Origin: Eubacteriales bacterium
Lineage (GTDB): Bacteria > Bacillota > Clostridia > Oscillospirales > CAG-272
Direction: 5' to 3'
DNA: 64,000 bases
NCBI GenBank assembly: GCA_045126855.1
Contig: JBGVPG010000032.1
Span: forward strand, 5,274-69,273
Shown: piece by piece, positions 8,704 through 18,721 of the stretch
Position numbering within the stretch: position 1 is the first letter of the stretch
Layout: each line of letters opens with the position of its first letter
Notes under the pieces: generated by a model
What the model was told of the DNA's origin: nothing
Seen by the model: the letters and a program-made list of their open reading frames with translations, nothing else
The model's database searches: none
Made by a program: the position numbers and the translations under genes

Positions 8704-10005
8704 TTAAATTGTCCTGCCGAGGATAGCCTCGCAAAGCTCAAAGCCGTCGCCGCCCGTGGTCTTAACGGAAACGCCAAGGGCAGTCGAAAGCTGACTTACG
8801 GTCATTCCGCAAAGGAATACCTCCTCGCCGTGGCGAAGGCAGTTCTGGGGTATCAGAAGCTCCTCTCCAAGGGGCTTGTCCTTCAGCTGATCATACATAT
8901 CGCGGCCTGTGAGAAGTCCGCTGACGGTAATGCTTGTGCCGAAGAAGTTGTTTGTAATTTCATAGATATTGACGTTTAAACTCGGGCAGAGAGCCTGGAG
9001 CTTGTCTGCAAGCGAAAGCATCATTGGGTAGGATGCGCTGCCTGTGGCGATGGAGACCGAGCGTTCCGCATCGCCCTCAACGTCTAGCAGTGCGCTGTTG
9101 AACTCATCTACAAGCGAGCGGATCATACCTACGCCGTTCTCAATCTGAGGGTAATCCTCATAGTAATCCCCATCGGGAATTTCCCTGCCTGCCTTGAGAT
9201 AAAACTCGTCTGCAGCATAGAAAAGGCGTGTACCGTGCTGTTCAAAATGGGCGTCGCCAAAGGAATTTATCAGGTCGATTATCTCGCCTGCCTCCTCGGG
9301 AGTGAAATCGCTGAGGGGATAAAGCCCTTCCCTATGCTTCGTAAGTCCTGCAGGGACGATAGCAACGCTGCCCATAGCAGGATAAAGCCTTGCAAGGTCG
9401 GTAAGAGAACGGCGAAGCTCATCACCGTCGTTCACACCTCGGCAAAGGACGATCTGACCGCACATTGAAAGTCCTGCATCGGCAAAATCGTCAAGATATT
9501 TCAGCACCTGACCTGCAAAGCGGTTTTTCATCATCTTAACACGCAGGTCGGGATTGGTGGTATGGATCGAGATATTTATGGGAGACATACGCATCTTGAT
9601 AATTCGGTCAACGTCGCACTGTGTCATATTGGTGAGGGTGACGTAGTTGCCGTGAATGAACGAGAGACGTGAGTCGTCGTCCTTGAAATAAAGCGACTCA
9701 CGAAGTCCCTCGGGATTCTGGTCGATGAAGCAGAATATGCACTTGTTCTTGCAGGACTGCTTTTCGTCCATGAGGGGTGTCTCAAAATCAAGACCGATGT
9801 CGTCGTATTCGTCTTTTTTTATCTTTGTGGTATATTCCTTCCCCTCTCTTGACAGGGTGATATTTACCCGACATTCGGTCAGGTAAAATCTGTAGTCAAG
9901 TACGTCACGGATCTCATTGCCGTTGATGGCAATAAGCATATCCTCGGGGCGTATACCCTTTCTGTCGGCAATACTGCCCGGCAGAACGCTAGTTATTTTA
10001 ACCAT
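8704..10005 (-). CDS. DUF512 / PDZ-domain radical-SAM-like protein
   Basis: 433 aa with an N-terminal PDZ-like segment (ITSVLPGSIADRKGIRPEDMLIAING), a Cys cluster CKNKCIFCF, and the usual position next to der. Confidence 0.75.
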   Translation of the reverse strand: MVKITSVLPGSIADRKGIRPEDMLIAINGNEIRDVLDYRFYLTECRVNITLSREGKEYTTKIKKDEYDDIGLDFETPLMDEKQSCKNKCIFCFIDQNPEGLRESLYFKDDDSRLSFIHGNYVTLTNMTQCDVDRIIKMRMSPINISIHTTNPDLRVKMMKNRFAGQVLKYLDDFADAGLSMCGQIVLCRGVNDGDELRRSLTDLARLYPAMGSVAIVPAGLTKHREGLYPLSDFTPEEAGEIIDLINSFGDAHFEQHGTRLFYAADEFYLKAGREIPDGDYYEDYPQIENGVGMIRSLVDEFNSALLDVEGDAERSVSIATGSASYPMMLSLADKLQALCPSLNVNIYEITNNFFGTSITVSGLLTGRDMYDQLKDKPLGEELLIPQNCLRHGEEVFLCGMTVSQLSTALGVSVKTTGGDGFELCEAILGRTI

Positions 10006-10495
10006 TTTCAGTTTCCTTTTTTGAAATAAGATCTCTCAGGAAGAATACAAGGTAAACGGCAAAGGACAGCGTGATAAAGCCTAAGGTGTCTATCCACACG
10101 TCGAGGATTGCCGGGCCACGTCCCGAGAAGACCTGTATAGTCTCGTCAATAAACGCCACGCCGTGACCCACCAAGGGGGTATATGGCATGAGCCTCATAG
10201 GGGCTCTGGCAAAAAGCGAGATGAAAAGTGATATTTCAGCGCCCAGGACACCGTACTCGGCAAAATGGGCGATTTTTCTCAGATTATTCAGTATAAATGC
10301 GCCAAGGGGCTTGTCGTAGGAAAAGAATTCTTCAAGAAATTCTCTCACCGCCCCACTCTCTGCCCCGGAGATCTCTCTCGAAAGCATCGATTGAATGAAA
10401 ATAAAGGCAACGGTAATGCCGATAAGGCTCAAAAGCGATATTGCAATTCTCCGTTTTGCATTAGAAAGGTCGCTGAGTTTATAAAACATAATCAA
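9998..10495 (-). CDS. VanZ family membrane protein
   Basis: 165 aa, 4 hydrophobic segments, and VanZ signatures KIAHFAEYGVLG and DETIQVFSGRGPAILDVWIDTLG. It overlaps the downstream gene by 8 nt. Confidence 0.75.
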   Translation of the reverse strand: MIMFYKLSDLSNAKRRIAISLLSLIGITVAFIFIQSMLSREISGAESGAVREFLEEFFSYDKPLGAFILNNLRKIAHFAEYGVLGAEISLFISLFARAPMRLMPYTPLVGHGVAFIDETIQVFSGRGPAILDVWIDTLGFITLSFAVYLVFFLRDLISKKETENG

Positions 10496-11250
10496 CCTCT
10501 GCGAAGTTTTTTCTGCCCTGTGGGCTTCAGCATCTCGGGTGTGATGCCGTTTTCTATAATATATGCCGTAGCCTCGGGCGAGCCACTCTTCTGTGCCAGG
10601 AGCATAAGGCGAACGGACTTATCACGGTCAAAGTCGGTACCCAGTCCGTCAACGTAGCACCGTGCATAGAGATACTTGCCCTTTGCCACCAGATCCTCCA
10701 CGTAATCGGGAGTGTGCCGTGCGGCAGTCTGGAACCACTCGAACGCCTGCCTTGCATCCTGCCTTATCGCAGAATAACGCAGAGCCTCGTCAAGCTCGAA
10801 ATCCACAACCTCGCCGTCAAGGAGCATAGAATCGTCACGGTATATGGGGGTGTGGCAGGGGATCAGGGATATTCGCACTATATCGGGCTCAAACATACAG
10901 CCCGAGGTATATGCCATACCGAGGTAAAGCTGTGCCTCGATGCATCCCTGACCTGCCGATATTTTCATATACTCGTACGCTTTTACGTAATTCTTCGCAA
11001 CGCCCTCACCGTGGAGATACAGCATTGCGATATTATAGCACGCCTCTCCACCCTCAAGGTCACGGGCAAAGGCAAAAAAGCTCTTTGCCTCCTTCGGGTC
11101 GTAGGGTGCGCCGCTTGCCGTCAGAAGGCAGTAGCCATAGTTGAATGAAGCCACAGCATCACCTTCACGGGCACCCTCAAGGTACATTGCGGCGGCAGAC
11201 TCGTAATCGCCTTCCATATACGCAACGTCAGCTTTGGACTTGTCAAACAT
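10492..11250 (-). CDS. Sel1-like / tetratricopeptide repeat protein
   Basis: 252 aa with repeats of the Sel1 type (ACYNIAMLYLHGEGVAKNYVKAYEYMKISAGQGCIEAQLYLGMAY). Confidence 0.7.
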   Translation of the reverse strand: MFDKSKADVAYMEGDYESAAAMYLEGAREGDAVASFNYGYCLLTASGAPYDPKEAKSFFAFARDLEGGEACYNIAMLYLHGEGVAKNYVKAYEYMKISAGQGCIEAQLYLGMAYTSGCMFEPDIVRISLIPCHTPIYRDDSMLLDGEVVDFELDEALRYSAIRQDARQAFEWFQTAARHTPDYVEDLVAKGKYLYARCYVDGLGTDFDRDKSVRLMLLAQKSGSPEATAYIIENGITPEMLKPTGQKKLRRG

Positions 11251-11273
11251 GGCCTTTTCCTTTCTGCCGAGAA

Positions 11274-12716
11274 TTAAGCCTCGGTTATTGTAAATTTAGT
11301 TCCTTCTCTTGTATCAAGAAGTGTAATTCCCTTAGCAAGAAGCTCATCACGAATTGCGTCTGCCTCGGCAAAATTCTTCGCCTTCTTTGCCGCCTTACGA
11401 GCCTCGATGCGCTCGGTGATATATGCGAGAAGCTCGGGATCAACGCCTGCGTTTTCCTCAGCAGCAGCCTTTGCCTTCTCATCGTTAATTCTCTTTGCGG
11501 CAGCAACAAGACCAAGGTCAAGCACGGTCTCAAAGCTCTCGATGAGAGCCATTTTTGTTCTGTCGTTGGTCCCAAGCTTGAATACGTCGTAAAGTGCTGT
11601 AACCGCAAGAGAGGTGTTAAGGTCGTTGTCAAGGGCATCGGTAAAGCGCTTCTTACCCTCGGCAAATGCGCTCTCGTCGATCTCGCCCTCAGGCTTCAGA
11701 TCTGCTACCCTGCTCACAAGCTTGTCGTAGGCGATCTTGGCGTTATCAAGGTTCTCCCAGGAGAACACAAGATTCTTTCTGTAATGCGACTGCATGCAGA
11801 AGAAGCGGTATACCAGGGGATCGTATCCCTTGCTCTCAAGGAGAGAGACGGTGAGGAACTCGCCCTTGGACTTAGACATCTTGCCCGAGTTGGTGTTCAG
11901 GTGATGAACGTGGAACCAATATTTGCACCACTCGTGGCCGAAGGTAGCCTCCGACTGAGCGATCTCGTTGGTGTGGTGGGGGAAGGCGTTGTCAATACCG
12001 CCACAGTGGATATCGAGGTACTCGCCCACGAATTTAGAGGCGATGCAGGAGCACTCAATGTGCCAGCCGGGATATCCGATTCCCCAAGGGGAAGCCCATT
12101 TCAGCTCCTGGTCGTCAAACTTGGACTTGGTGAACCAGAGAACGAAGTCAGCTTTGTTTCTCTTATTTTCGTCTGCCTCAACGCTGTCACGCACGCCTAC
12201 CTCAAGGTCATCTTCCTTGAAATCGTTGAAAATGTAATACTTCTCAAGCTTCGAGGTGTCGAAATATACGTTTCCGCCTGCCTCGTAGGCGTATCCCTTC
12301 TCGAGAAGGGTCTCTATCATAGCGATAAACTCGGGAATGCAGTTGGTGGCAGGCTCAATGTACTCGGGACGCTTGATGTGAAGCTTGTCGCAGTCAGCAA
12401 AGAATGCGTCTGTATAGTACTTTGCAATCTCAAGGACGGTCTTGTGCTCACGCTTTGCGCCCTTCAGCATCTTGTCCTCGCCCGTGTCGCCGTCGCTGGA
12501 GAGATGTCCGACGTCGGTGATGTTCATTACTCTCGTCACGTCGTTGCCGATGTAACGAAGATATTTCTCAAGCACGTCCTCCATTGTATAGGTACGGAGG
12601 TTGCCTATGTGTGCGAAGTGATAAACCGTGGGGCCACAAGTATACATAGATACCTTGCCTGCCTCTCTGGGAATAAATTCCTCTCTTTTTCTCGTTGCGC
12701 TGTTGTATAAAAGCAT
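11274..12716 (-). CDS. cysS: Cysteine--tRNA ligase
   Basis: 480 aa with MYTCGPTVYHFAHIGNLRTY (HIGH region), KMSKS (GKMSKSKG) and the zinc-site context WHIECS. Confidence 0.95.
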   Translation of the reverse strand: MLLYNSATRKREEFIPREAGKVSMYTCGPTVYHFAHIGNLRTYTMEDVLEKYLRYIGNDVTRVMNITDVGHLSSDGDTGEDKMLKGAKREHKTVLEIAKYYTDAFFADCDKLHIKRPEYIEPATNCIPEFIAMIETLLEKGYAYEAGGNVYFDTSKLEKYYIFNDFKEDDLEVGVRDSVEADENKRNKADFVLWFTKSKFDDQELKWASPWGIGYPGWHIECSCIASKFVGEYLDIHCGGIDNAFPHHTNEIAQSEATFGHEWCKYWFHVHHLNTNSGKMSKSKGEFLTVSLLESKGYDPLVYRFFCMQSHYRKNLVFSWENLDNAKIAYDKLVSRVADLKPEGEIDESAFAEGKKRFTDALDNDLNTSLAVTALYDVFKLGTNDRTKMALIESFETVLDLGLVAAAKRINDEKAKAAAEENAGVDPELLAYITERIEARKAAKKAKNFAEADAIRDELLAKGITLLDTREGTKFTITEA

Positions 12717-12795
12717 ATATTTTCCTTTCTCGCCCTAGGGCAAAAACCATTATTATCTCATTATTTCGCAAAAGGGGCATAAAATGCCAGATATC

Positions 12796-12824
12796 ATTTT
12801 AACAGAAATATAAATATTTGTCAA
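12796..12824 (-). promoter_or_regulatory. Sigma-A promoter for cysS (TTGACA-17-TAAAAT)
   Basis: The reverse complement reads TTGACAaatatttatatttctgtTAAAAT. The leader to the ATG is only about 75 nt, too short for a T-box. Confidence 0.55.
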
Positions 12825-12873
12825 GGTTTTCAAAATAAATAAAAAAATATTTTAATTTTTTTCTATTGAAGTA

Positions 12874-12902
12874 TTGTAATCGAAGGCAAAATTTGCTACA
12901 AT
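12874..12902 (+). promoter_or_regulatory. Candidate promoter for ftsK (TTGTAA-17-TACAAT)
   Basis: TTGTAA at 12874..12879 and TACAAT at 12897..12902, divergent from the cysS promoter. GGAGG RBS at 12930..12934. Confidence 0.45.
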
Positions 12903-12944
12903 ATAAGGGTGAAAATATAACCATTACGCGGAGGTTCTACATAA

Positions 12945-15900
12945 ATGTCTGAGAAAAACGTAAAAGACAACGAAAAGCGAGTCGGCACCAAGGAGAAGGT
13001 TATCTCGGTTGCCCTGCTTGCGTCAGCGGCGCTCATCGCCGTCTGTCTCATCTTCTCTAAGGGAGGCGCTGTCGGCGGCGGAATAAAACAGCTGCTCTGC
13101 GGTCTGTTCTCCTTCGGAGCATACGCCATCCCCGTGGTGCTGTGCCTTCACGCAGCCTGCATCGGTGACGACCTGAAAAACAAAAAGATCGGCAAGCGTG
13201 CGGTGTTCTCCGCCGTTATCGTTCTTGCCGTATCATGTATAGAGTATGCCATCGTCTTCTGGGGCAAGGATCTTGCCTTCACCCCTGCCCTGCTCTTCAC
13301 CGAGATGCGTGGCGGCGGATTTATGGGCGGTGTGCTCGGATTTGTGATCGGTAAGCTCTTTGGCTCGGCAGGTACTATTGTTGTCAGCCTTGGCGTAGCG
13401 GCGATCTTCGGCGTATTCTTCTATGCCGAGCGTGCAGGCGCTATCGGAAAGGCGGCTATTACCGTATCCGAGGGTGCAAAGACCATCGCAAAGAACGTTA
13501 AGGACAAGCAGGCCGAGGTGGCTGAGCAGAAAAAGCAAATCCGCCTTGAGGAGGAGCAGCAGAGGCGCGAGGCAACCAGCCAGGTGCTGATCGACGACGA
13601 TTTCTTCGTTCCCCGTGGACAGAGCTCCGACGTTAAGATCCGTTCACTTGGCATTGACGAGGAGGCAAATCCCAACGGTATTTCTCCTCTTATTCACCCC
13701 TCCAAGCGCAAGTATGATATCCCCGAGGAGCCCGTGGAGGAAAAGGTTGAGATCAAGCACAGAAGAAGTGCGGACAAGCCCCTTGACCTGAGCTACGGCC
13801 TCGAGGAGACCGAGATTCATCATGAGGAAAAGAAGGACGAGCCGAAATTCGACCGTGCATTCTTCGGCCTTGATGATTCGGCAGATAACGTATTCACAAG
13901 AGACTTTGATCCCTTCGACTTCGCTACCAGCGAAAAGACTGCGGCAAAGCACGCCAGCCGTGTTTCTACCGTAAGCCAGAAGGTCGAGGAGGAGCTGGAC
14001 GAGTTTGCTATTTATGAAATGAAGGCAAACCATATCCCAACCGAGCGTGAGAAGAAGATGGCTGAACTTGAAAGACGCCGCCAGGAATGGATGCGCTACA
14101 AGGATCAGAAGGCAGGCATTACGCACACACCCAAGGCGACCGAGCCTACTCCTGCGCCTGCACCCACTCCCACACCTTCAGTTGAGCCCACTCCTGCCCC
14201 CACTCCCGTAGTAGAGGAAAGGCCCACTCCCACGCCTGCGGCATCCACCTCCCGTGCGGCATCCTATATGCCCGTAAGAGAGACTGCGCCCCAGACCGCA
14301 AGCTTCCGTCCCACCTTCTCTAACCAGCCTACTCCCAAGCAGCCTATCAAGACTGTTGAGTTTACCATAACCAAGGAGCCTAAGGCTCCCGTTGAGGAAA
14401 AGCCTGCACCCAAGGTGACAGAGCCCTCCTCCAACCTTGGCGAGGCAACCGAGGATATTGCTATCCTTATCGGTCAGCGTGTTGCCAAGTCTAACCCTAC
14501 TTACCAGCGCAGCGCTAACGACCTAAAGACCTACACCAAGGTTGTTTCGGGCGATGACGACGAGCTTTATCGCCAGCTTTCGGGCATTATGACAGCTCCT
14601 AAGGAGCCTGAGATCGCAGCAGAGCCTATCGTAAACGAGCCTGCTATTGAAGCAGAGCCTCAGCAGGAGCCCATCATTGCTCCCAACATCCAGCCTGCTC
14701 AAGAAAAACTGCCCGATCCCGTAGAGTTCACCTTTGGTGAGACCAAGACAGAGCCTGCACCCAATCCCGGAGCAAGCTACCAGCGTGCCGCAAGCTTTGC
14801 AACCGCAATGGTCAGCGAGACGGTCGAGTTCAAGCCCTACACTCCCCCCACGGTAGCTCCCGAGACTACCCCCGAAATTCCAGCCGAGCCCACCATCAAG
14901 GTGGAGCGTGAGCTTCTTCCTCCCACCCCCGAGGCTCTCGTAAGAGAGACCATTCCCGCTCCAACTCCTGCACCTGCTCCCGTGGCAGAGCCTCTGTTCA
15001 CCGTGGTTGACGAGGAGAACGAGGATACTCCCACCGCCGAGCCTGTTCTCGAATGGAAAACAGACGAGGACGAGAGTGAGGATGAGCTCGAGCTCGACTT
15101 CACCGAGGAAGAGCCCGAGGAGGACGTAGAGGACGAGGAGATCCCCCCCGAAAAGCAGAATCCAGACGTTATCGAAATGAGAAATATGTTCCCCTTCCTT
15201 AAAAACATCGAGGACAAGAGGGCCGAGCCCGATCCCGACCCCATCCCCGAGATCGAGGAGGAAGAGGAAATTCCCGAGGACGAGGAGGACGACGTTCCCT
15301 TTGACGATCCTATCCCTGTAAAGAATGAGGTTGCCCTCGTTCCTGCGACCCCAAAGAAGGAGGAGAAGCCCAAAAAGGCAGACTACTCCGACTACAAGTT
15401 CCCTCCCATTGACTTCCTCAGCAACGACCAGGGAGTAAACGACAGCGACGTTCAGGCTGAGATCCAGGAGAATGCCGATAAGCTTATCGAGGCACTTTCT
15501 TCCTTCAACGTAACCGCATCCATTAAGGGCGTTGACCGTGGTCCCAGAATAACCAGATACGAGGTTGTTCCTGCCAAGGGCGTTAAGGTTAGCTCTATTA
15601 TGAACCTTCAGGACGATATTGCCCTGACCCTTGCGGCAGGTGATATCCGTATGGAGGCTCCCATTCCCGGCAAGAGTGCCGTTGGTATTGAGATCCCCAA
15701 CAAGAAGTCAAATATTGTAAGACTCCGTGAGCTGCTTGAGACCGAGGAATTTGTTTCGGCACGCTCCAAGACCTTCGTTTGTATCGGTAAGGACGTTGCA
15801 GGTCAGCCTGTATTCGGCGATATTGCAAAGATGCCCCACCTTCTTATTGCAGGTGCTACCGGTATGGGTAAGTCGGTTTGTATCAACTCGCTGCTTATCA

Positions 15901-16889
15901 GCGTGCTTTACAAGGCCCGTCCCGACGAGGTTAAGCTTATCATGATCGACCCCAAGCAGGTCGAGTTCACGATGTATAACGGAATTCCCCACCTTCTCAT
16001 CCCCGTTGTCTCCGACCCCAAGCAGGCGGCAGGCGCACTTATGTGGGCGGTTGAGGAGATGGAGAGAAGATACAATCTTCTCAATCCCCTTTGCGTTCGT
16101 AATATCGACGCTTATAACGAGAAGGTTAACGCCGACCGTTCTCTCGGTGAGCCTATGCCCAAGATCGTTATCGTTATCGACGAGTTTGCCGACCTGATGC
16201 TTCAGGTTAAGGACCCTGTCGAGGCACTTGTAATGCGTATCGCAGCCAAGGCGAGAGCCGCAGGTATCTACCTTGTGATCGGTACACAGCGTCCCTCTGT
16301 TAACGTTATCACCGGTGTCATCAAGGCAAACGTTCCCTCTCGTATTTCCTGCAAGGTTATGTCCAACGTTGACTCCAAGACCGTCCTTGATATGGGCGGC
16401 GCTGAAAAGCTCCTTGACAAGGGTGACGCTCTTTACGCTCCCTCGGGCTCGCCTAAGCCCCACAGAGTGCAGTGTGCATTCGTTGCCGACAGCGAGGTTG
16501 AGAACATTATGAGCTATCTCCGTGAGCAGTGTGACGGAACCAACTACGACAACAACGTTATGGAGGAGATCGAGCGTGCTGCCCAGAAGTGTAACAAGAA
16601 GGGCGGCGGCGGAAACGACCGTGACGACGACGGCGGTGACACAAGCGGCGAGGGTTACCTCAACGACAGACAGTTCCTCGACGCAGTTGAGGTTGCTGTC
16701 AACAGCCGTAAGATATCCACCTCTCTTATTCAGCGTAAGCTTTCCATCGGCTACGGCAAGGCGGCGAAGTTTATTGATATAATGGAGGAAATGGGTGTCG
16801 TTGGCGAGGCTAACGGACAGAGACCCAGAGAGGTTCTTCTTACACCCGACGAGTGGCGCGAGAAATTGATGCGCGCACAGCTTGATTAA
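12945..16889 (+). CDS. ftsK: DNA translocase FtsK/SpoIIIE with an unusually long Pro/Glu-rich linker
   Basis: 1314 aa. It has N-terminal TM segments, a linker from about aa 185 to 830, a motor domain with Walker A GATGMGKSV and IVIDEFADL, and a C-terminal gamma winged helix (ISTSLIQRKLSIGYGKAAKFIDIMEEMGVVG). Confidence 0.9.
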   Translation: MSEKNVKDNEKRVGTKEKVISVALLASAALIAVCLIFSKGGAVGGGIKQLLCGLFSFGAYAIPVVLCLHAACIGDDLKNKKIGKRAVFSAVIVLAVSCIEYAIVFWGKDLAFTPALLFTEMRGGGFMGGVLGFVIGKLFGSAGTIVVSLGVAAIFGVFFYAERAGAIGKAAITVSEGAKTIAKNVKDKQAEVAEQKKQIRLEEEQQRREATSQVLIDDDFFVPRGQSSDVKIRSLGIDEEANPNGISPLIHPSKRKYDIPEEPVEEKVEIKHRRSADKPLDLSYGLEETEIHHEEKKDEPKFDRAFFGLDDSADNVFTRDFDPFDFATSEKTAAKHASRVSTVSQKVEEELDEFAIYEMKANHIPTEREKKMAELERRRQEWMRYKDQKAGITHTPKATEPTPAPAPTPTPSVEPTPAPTPVVEERPTPTPAASTSRAASYMPVRETAPQTASFRPTFSNQPTPKQPIKTVEFTITKEPKAPVEEKPAPKVTEPSSNLGEATEDIAILIGQRVAKSNPTYQRSANDLKTYTKVVSGDDDELYRQLSGIMTAPKEPEIAAEPIVNEPAIEAEPQQEPIIAPNIQPAQEKLPDPVEFTFGETKTEPAPNPGASYQRAASFATAMVSETVEFKPYTPPTVAPETTPEIPAEPTIKVERELLPPTPEALVRETIPAPTPAPAPVAEPLFTVVDEENEDTPTAEPVLEWKTDEDESEDELELDFTEEEPEEDVEDEEIPPEKQNPDVIEMRNMFPFLKNIEDKRAEPDPDPIPEIEEEEEIPEDEEDDVPFDDPIPVKNEVALVPATPKKEEKPKKADYSDYKFPPIDFLSNDQGVNDSDVQAEIQENADKLIEALSSFNVTASIKGVDRGPRITRYEVVPAKGVKVSSIMNLQDDIALTLAAGDIRMEAPIPGKSAVGIEIPNKKSNIVRLRELLETEEFVSARSKTFVCIGKDVAGQPVFGDIAKMPHLLIAGATGMGKSVCINSLLISVLYKARPDEVKLIMIDPKQVEFTMYNGIPHLLIPVVSDPKQAAGALMWAVEEMERRYNLLNPLCVRNIDAYNEKVNADRSLGEPMPKIVIVIDEFADLMLQVKDPVEALVMRIAAKARAAGIYLVIGTQRPSVNVITGVIKANVPSRISCKVMSNVDSKTVLDMGGAEKLLDKGDALYAPSGSPKPHRVQCAFVADSEVENIMSYLREQCDGTNYDNNVMEEIERAAQKCNKKGGGGNDRDDDGGDTSGEGYLNDRQFLDAVEVAVNSRKISTSLIQRKLSIGYGKAAKFIDIMEEMGVVGEANGQRPREVLLTPDEWREKLMRAQLD

Positions 16890-16943
16890 TAAAAAGACAA
16901 GGGCTGAGCCGTTATGGCTCAGCCCAAAACAAATGAGGTTAAT

Positions 16944-17441
16944 ATGATTATCGTTCTTTTGGCAGAGGGCTTTGAGGAGATCGAGGCTCTCACCCCCGTA
17001 GATATGATGAGGCGTGCAGGCCTTGAGGTAAAAACAGTCGGAATAGCCGACAAAACCGTCACGGGCGCGCATAATATTAAGGTCGTTGCAGATGCAACTC
17101 CCGATGAGATCGACCTCTCGAAGGTTGAAATGGCGGTGTTCCCCGGTGGAATGCCGGGCTCGCTTAATCTTGACGAATCTCCCTACACCGACAGAGTAAT
17201 TGACGCCGTTCTCGGTAATGGCGGTCGCCTTGCGGCAATATGCGCCGCTCCCCTTGTTCTCGGCAGGCGAGGTCTCCTTGACGGAAAGGAAGCTACCTGC
17301 TTCCCCGGCTTTGAAACCGAGCTTCGCGGCGCAACCGTGATCGATGCCGATTTCGTTACCGACGGCAATATCACCACGGGCAGAGGAATGGAATATTCCC
17401 TTCCCTTCGCCAAGGAGCTGGTAAGGCTTCTTACAAACTGA
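16944..17441 (+). CDS. DJ-1/PfpI family protein
   Basis: MIIVLLAEGFEEIEAL...AAICAAPLVL (nucleophile-elbow Cys). I prefer the start at 16944 (GAGG RBS). The track start at 16914 lies inside the hairpin GGGCTGAGCC-gttat-GGCTCAGCCC that follows ftsK. Confidence 0.8.
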   Translation: MIIVLLAEGFEEIEALTPVDMMRRAGLEVKTVGIADKTVTGAHNIKVVADATPDEIDLSKVEMAVFPGGMPGSLNLDESPYTDRVIDAVLGNGGRLAAICAAPLVLGRRGLLDGKEATCFPGFETELRGATVIDADFVTDGNITTGRGMEYSLPFAKELVRLLTN

Positions 17442-17456
17442 TTTTGGAGAAATACT

Positions 17457-18104
17457 ATGGTAATTCAACCTAAAAAAAGAAATATAGCCTATCGCTGTCC
17501 CGAATGTGGCACAGCAACCGTAGGTCTGGTGGGCAAGTTTGCTCTCCACGCAAATATGCTGAGGCTCAGATGCTCTTGCCCCGACTCGGATTCGCTTGAC
17601 GTGACGCTTACGGGCGACGGCAAGATCCGTCTCTCTGTTCCCTGCCTTTTCTGTAAGCAGAATCATAACTACGTCGTTACCGAGTCGCTTTTCTTCGACA
17701 AGGACAAATTTATGCTTAACTGCCCCTATTCGGGTATGGATATTGCCTTTATCGGCGATGAGGAGACCATTACCGAGGAGCTTTCACGCACCGAAAAGGA
17801 GCTTAATATGCTTATGGCAAGCCTTGAGGCAGAGGAGCTTTCCGACATTCAGCCCCAGGATATGCCCGAGGCAGAGATCCTGCCTGACCCTGCGGTGTAC
17901 GATACACTTCGCTTCGTTCTGAAGGACCTTGAGGCCGACGAGAGAGTCAAGTGCCCCTGCGGCAAGGGTCCCTACGATCTCCGCTTTATTGAGGGCGGTA
18001 TGCAGGCATACTGCGAGAGCTGCGGCGCGAGCCGTGATTTCAATGCTCAGAGCCCCACTATGGCAGAGGAATACTTAGACCTTGACGAGCTTATTTTAAA
18101 GTAA
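17457..18104 (+). CDS. Cys-rich hypothetical protein (putative zinc ribbons separated by an acidic linker)
   Basis: 215 aa with CPECG...CSCP, CLFCK and CPCG...CESCG motifs. Codon usage matches the neighbours. No family recognised. Confidence 0.55.
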   Translation: MVIQPKKRNIAYRCPECGTATVGLVGKFALHANMLRLRCSCPDSDSLDVTLTGDGKIRLSVPCLFCKQNHNYVVTESLFFDKDKFMLNCPYSGMDIAFIGDEETITEELSRTEKELNMLMASLEAEELSDIQPQDMPEAEILPDPAVYDTLRFVLKDLEADERVKCPCGKGPYDLRFIEGGMQAYCESCGASRDFNAQSPTMAEEYLDLDELILK

Positions 18105-18665
18105 GCCGTAATACTTCAGAATGCCGCGGTATATTCCCGTGGCGAAAAGATAGGGAGAATTTGCAAGCAGATCAGCGTCAATGGGATTTGAGATAAAGCC
18201 CATTTCCACGAGAACGGCAGGCATCTCGGTTTCCTTCAGCACGTAAAGTCCGGGGCGGTATACGATACCTCGGTTTCTGAGACCGGTCGTGAGGGTCAGC
18301 TGCTCGAGGATCTGGGTCGCCAGTGCATTTGCAACCGTTGAACCGGGTCCGTATACCAGCGCCTCGTTACCCGTGGCGTTTGAGTTTTCCGCAGCGTTGT
18401 TATGCAGCGAAATGAATATGTCAGCAGGCCAGGAATTTGCCTGCCTTACCCTTTCGGTAAGGCTTGATGAATTAGTCGTTCCAAGTATGGTTTCGGGCGT
18501 TGGACGTGACAGACGGGGGGTGAACTCGGGATTTTGCGAGAGAAGGTTATATAGCCTTCTGCCAATCTCGTAGGTCAAGTCCTGCTCGTAATAACCGTTG
18601 CCCTCTGCCCCCGTGTTAAAGCCGCTGGGGTTGTGGCCCTGATCGATATAAACTTTAATCGGCAT
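18096..18665 (-). CDS. N-acetylmuramoyl-L-alanine amidase (Amidase_3 family)
   Basis: 189 aa with IDQGHN, FISLHNNA and VEMGFISN motifs typical of CwlD/AmiC-type amidases. Confidence 0.8.
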   Translation of the reverse strand: MPIKVYIDQGHNPSGFNTGAEGNGYYEQDLTYEIGRRLYNLLSQNPEFTPRLSRPTPETILGTTNSSSLTERVRQANSWPADIFISLHNNAAENSNATGNEALVYGPGSTVANALATQILEQLTLTTGLRNRGIVYRPGLYVLKETEMPAVLVEMGFISNPIDADLLANSPYLFATGIYRGILKYYGLL

Positions 18666-18721
18666 AATGCCTCCTTATTATTTGATTTCTTCCCTATCTA
18701 TCTTATGCAAAGGATTATTTT

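Noticed and set aside
12717-12944. T-box leader upstream of cysS (and of argS at 57557..57581)
   Set aside because: The cysS leader from the predicted promoter is only about 75 nt and has no specifier or T-box sequence. argS starts 25 nt after the preceding gene. Neither has room for a 200-nt or longer T-box riboswitch.
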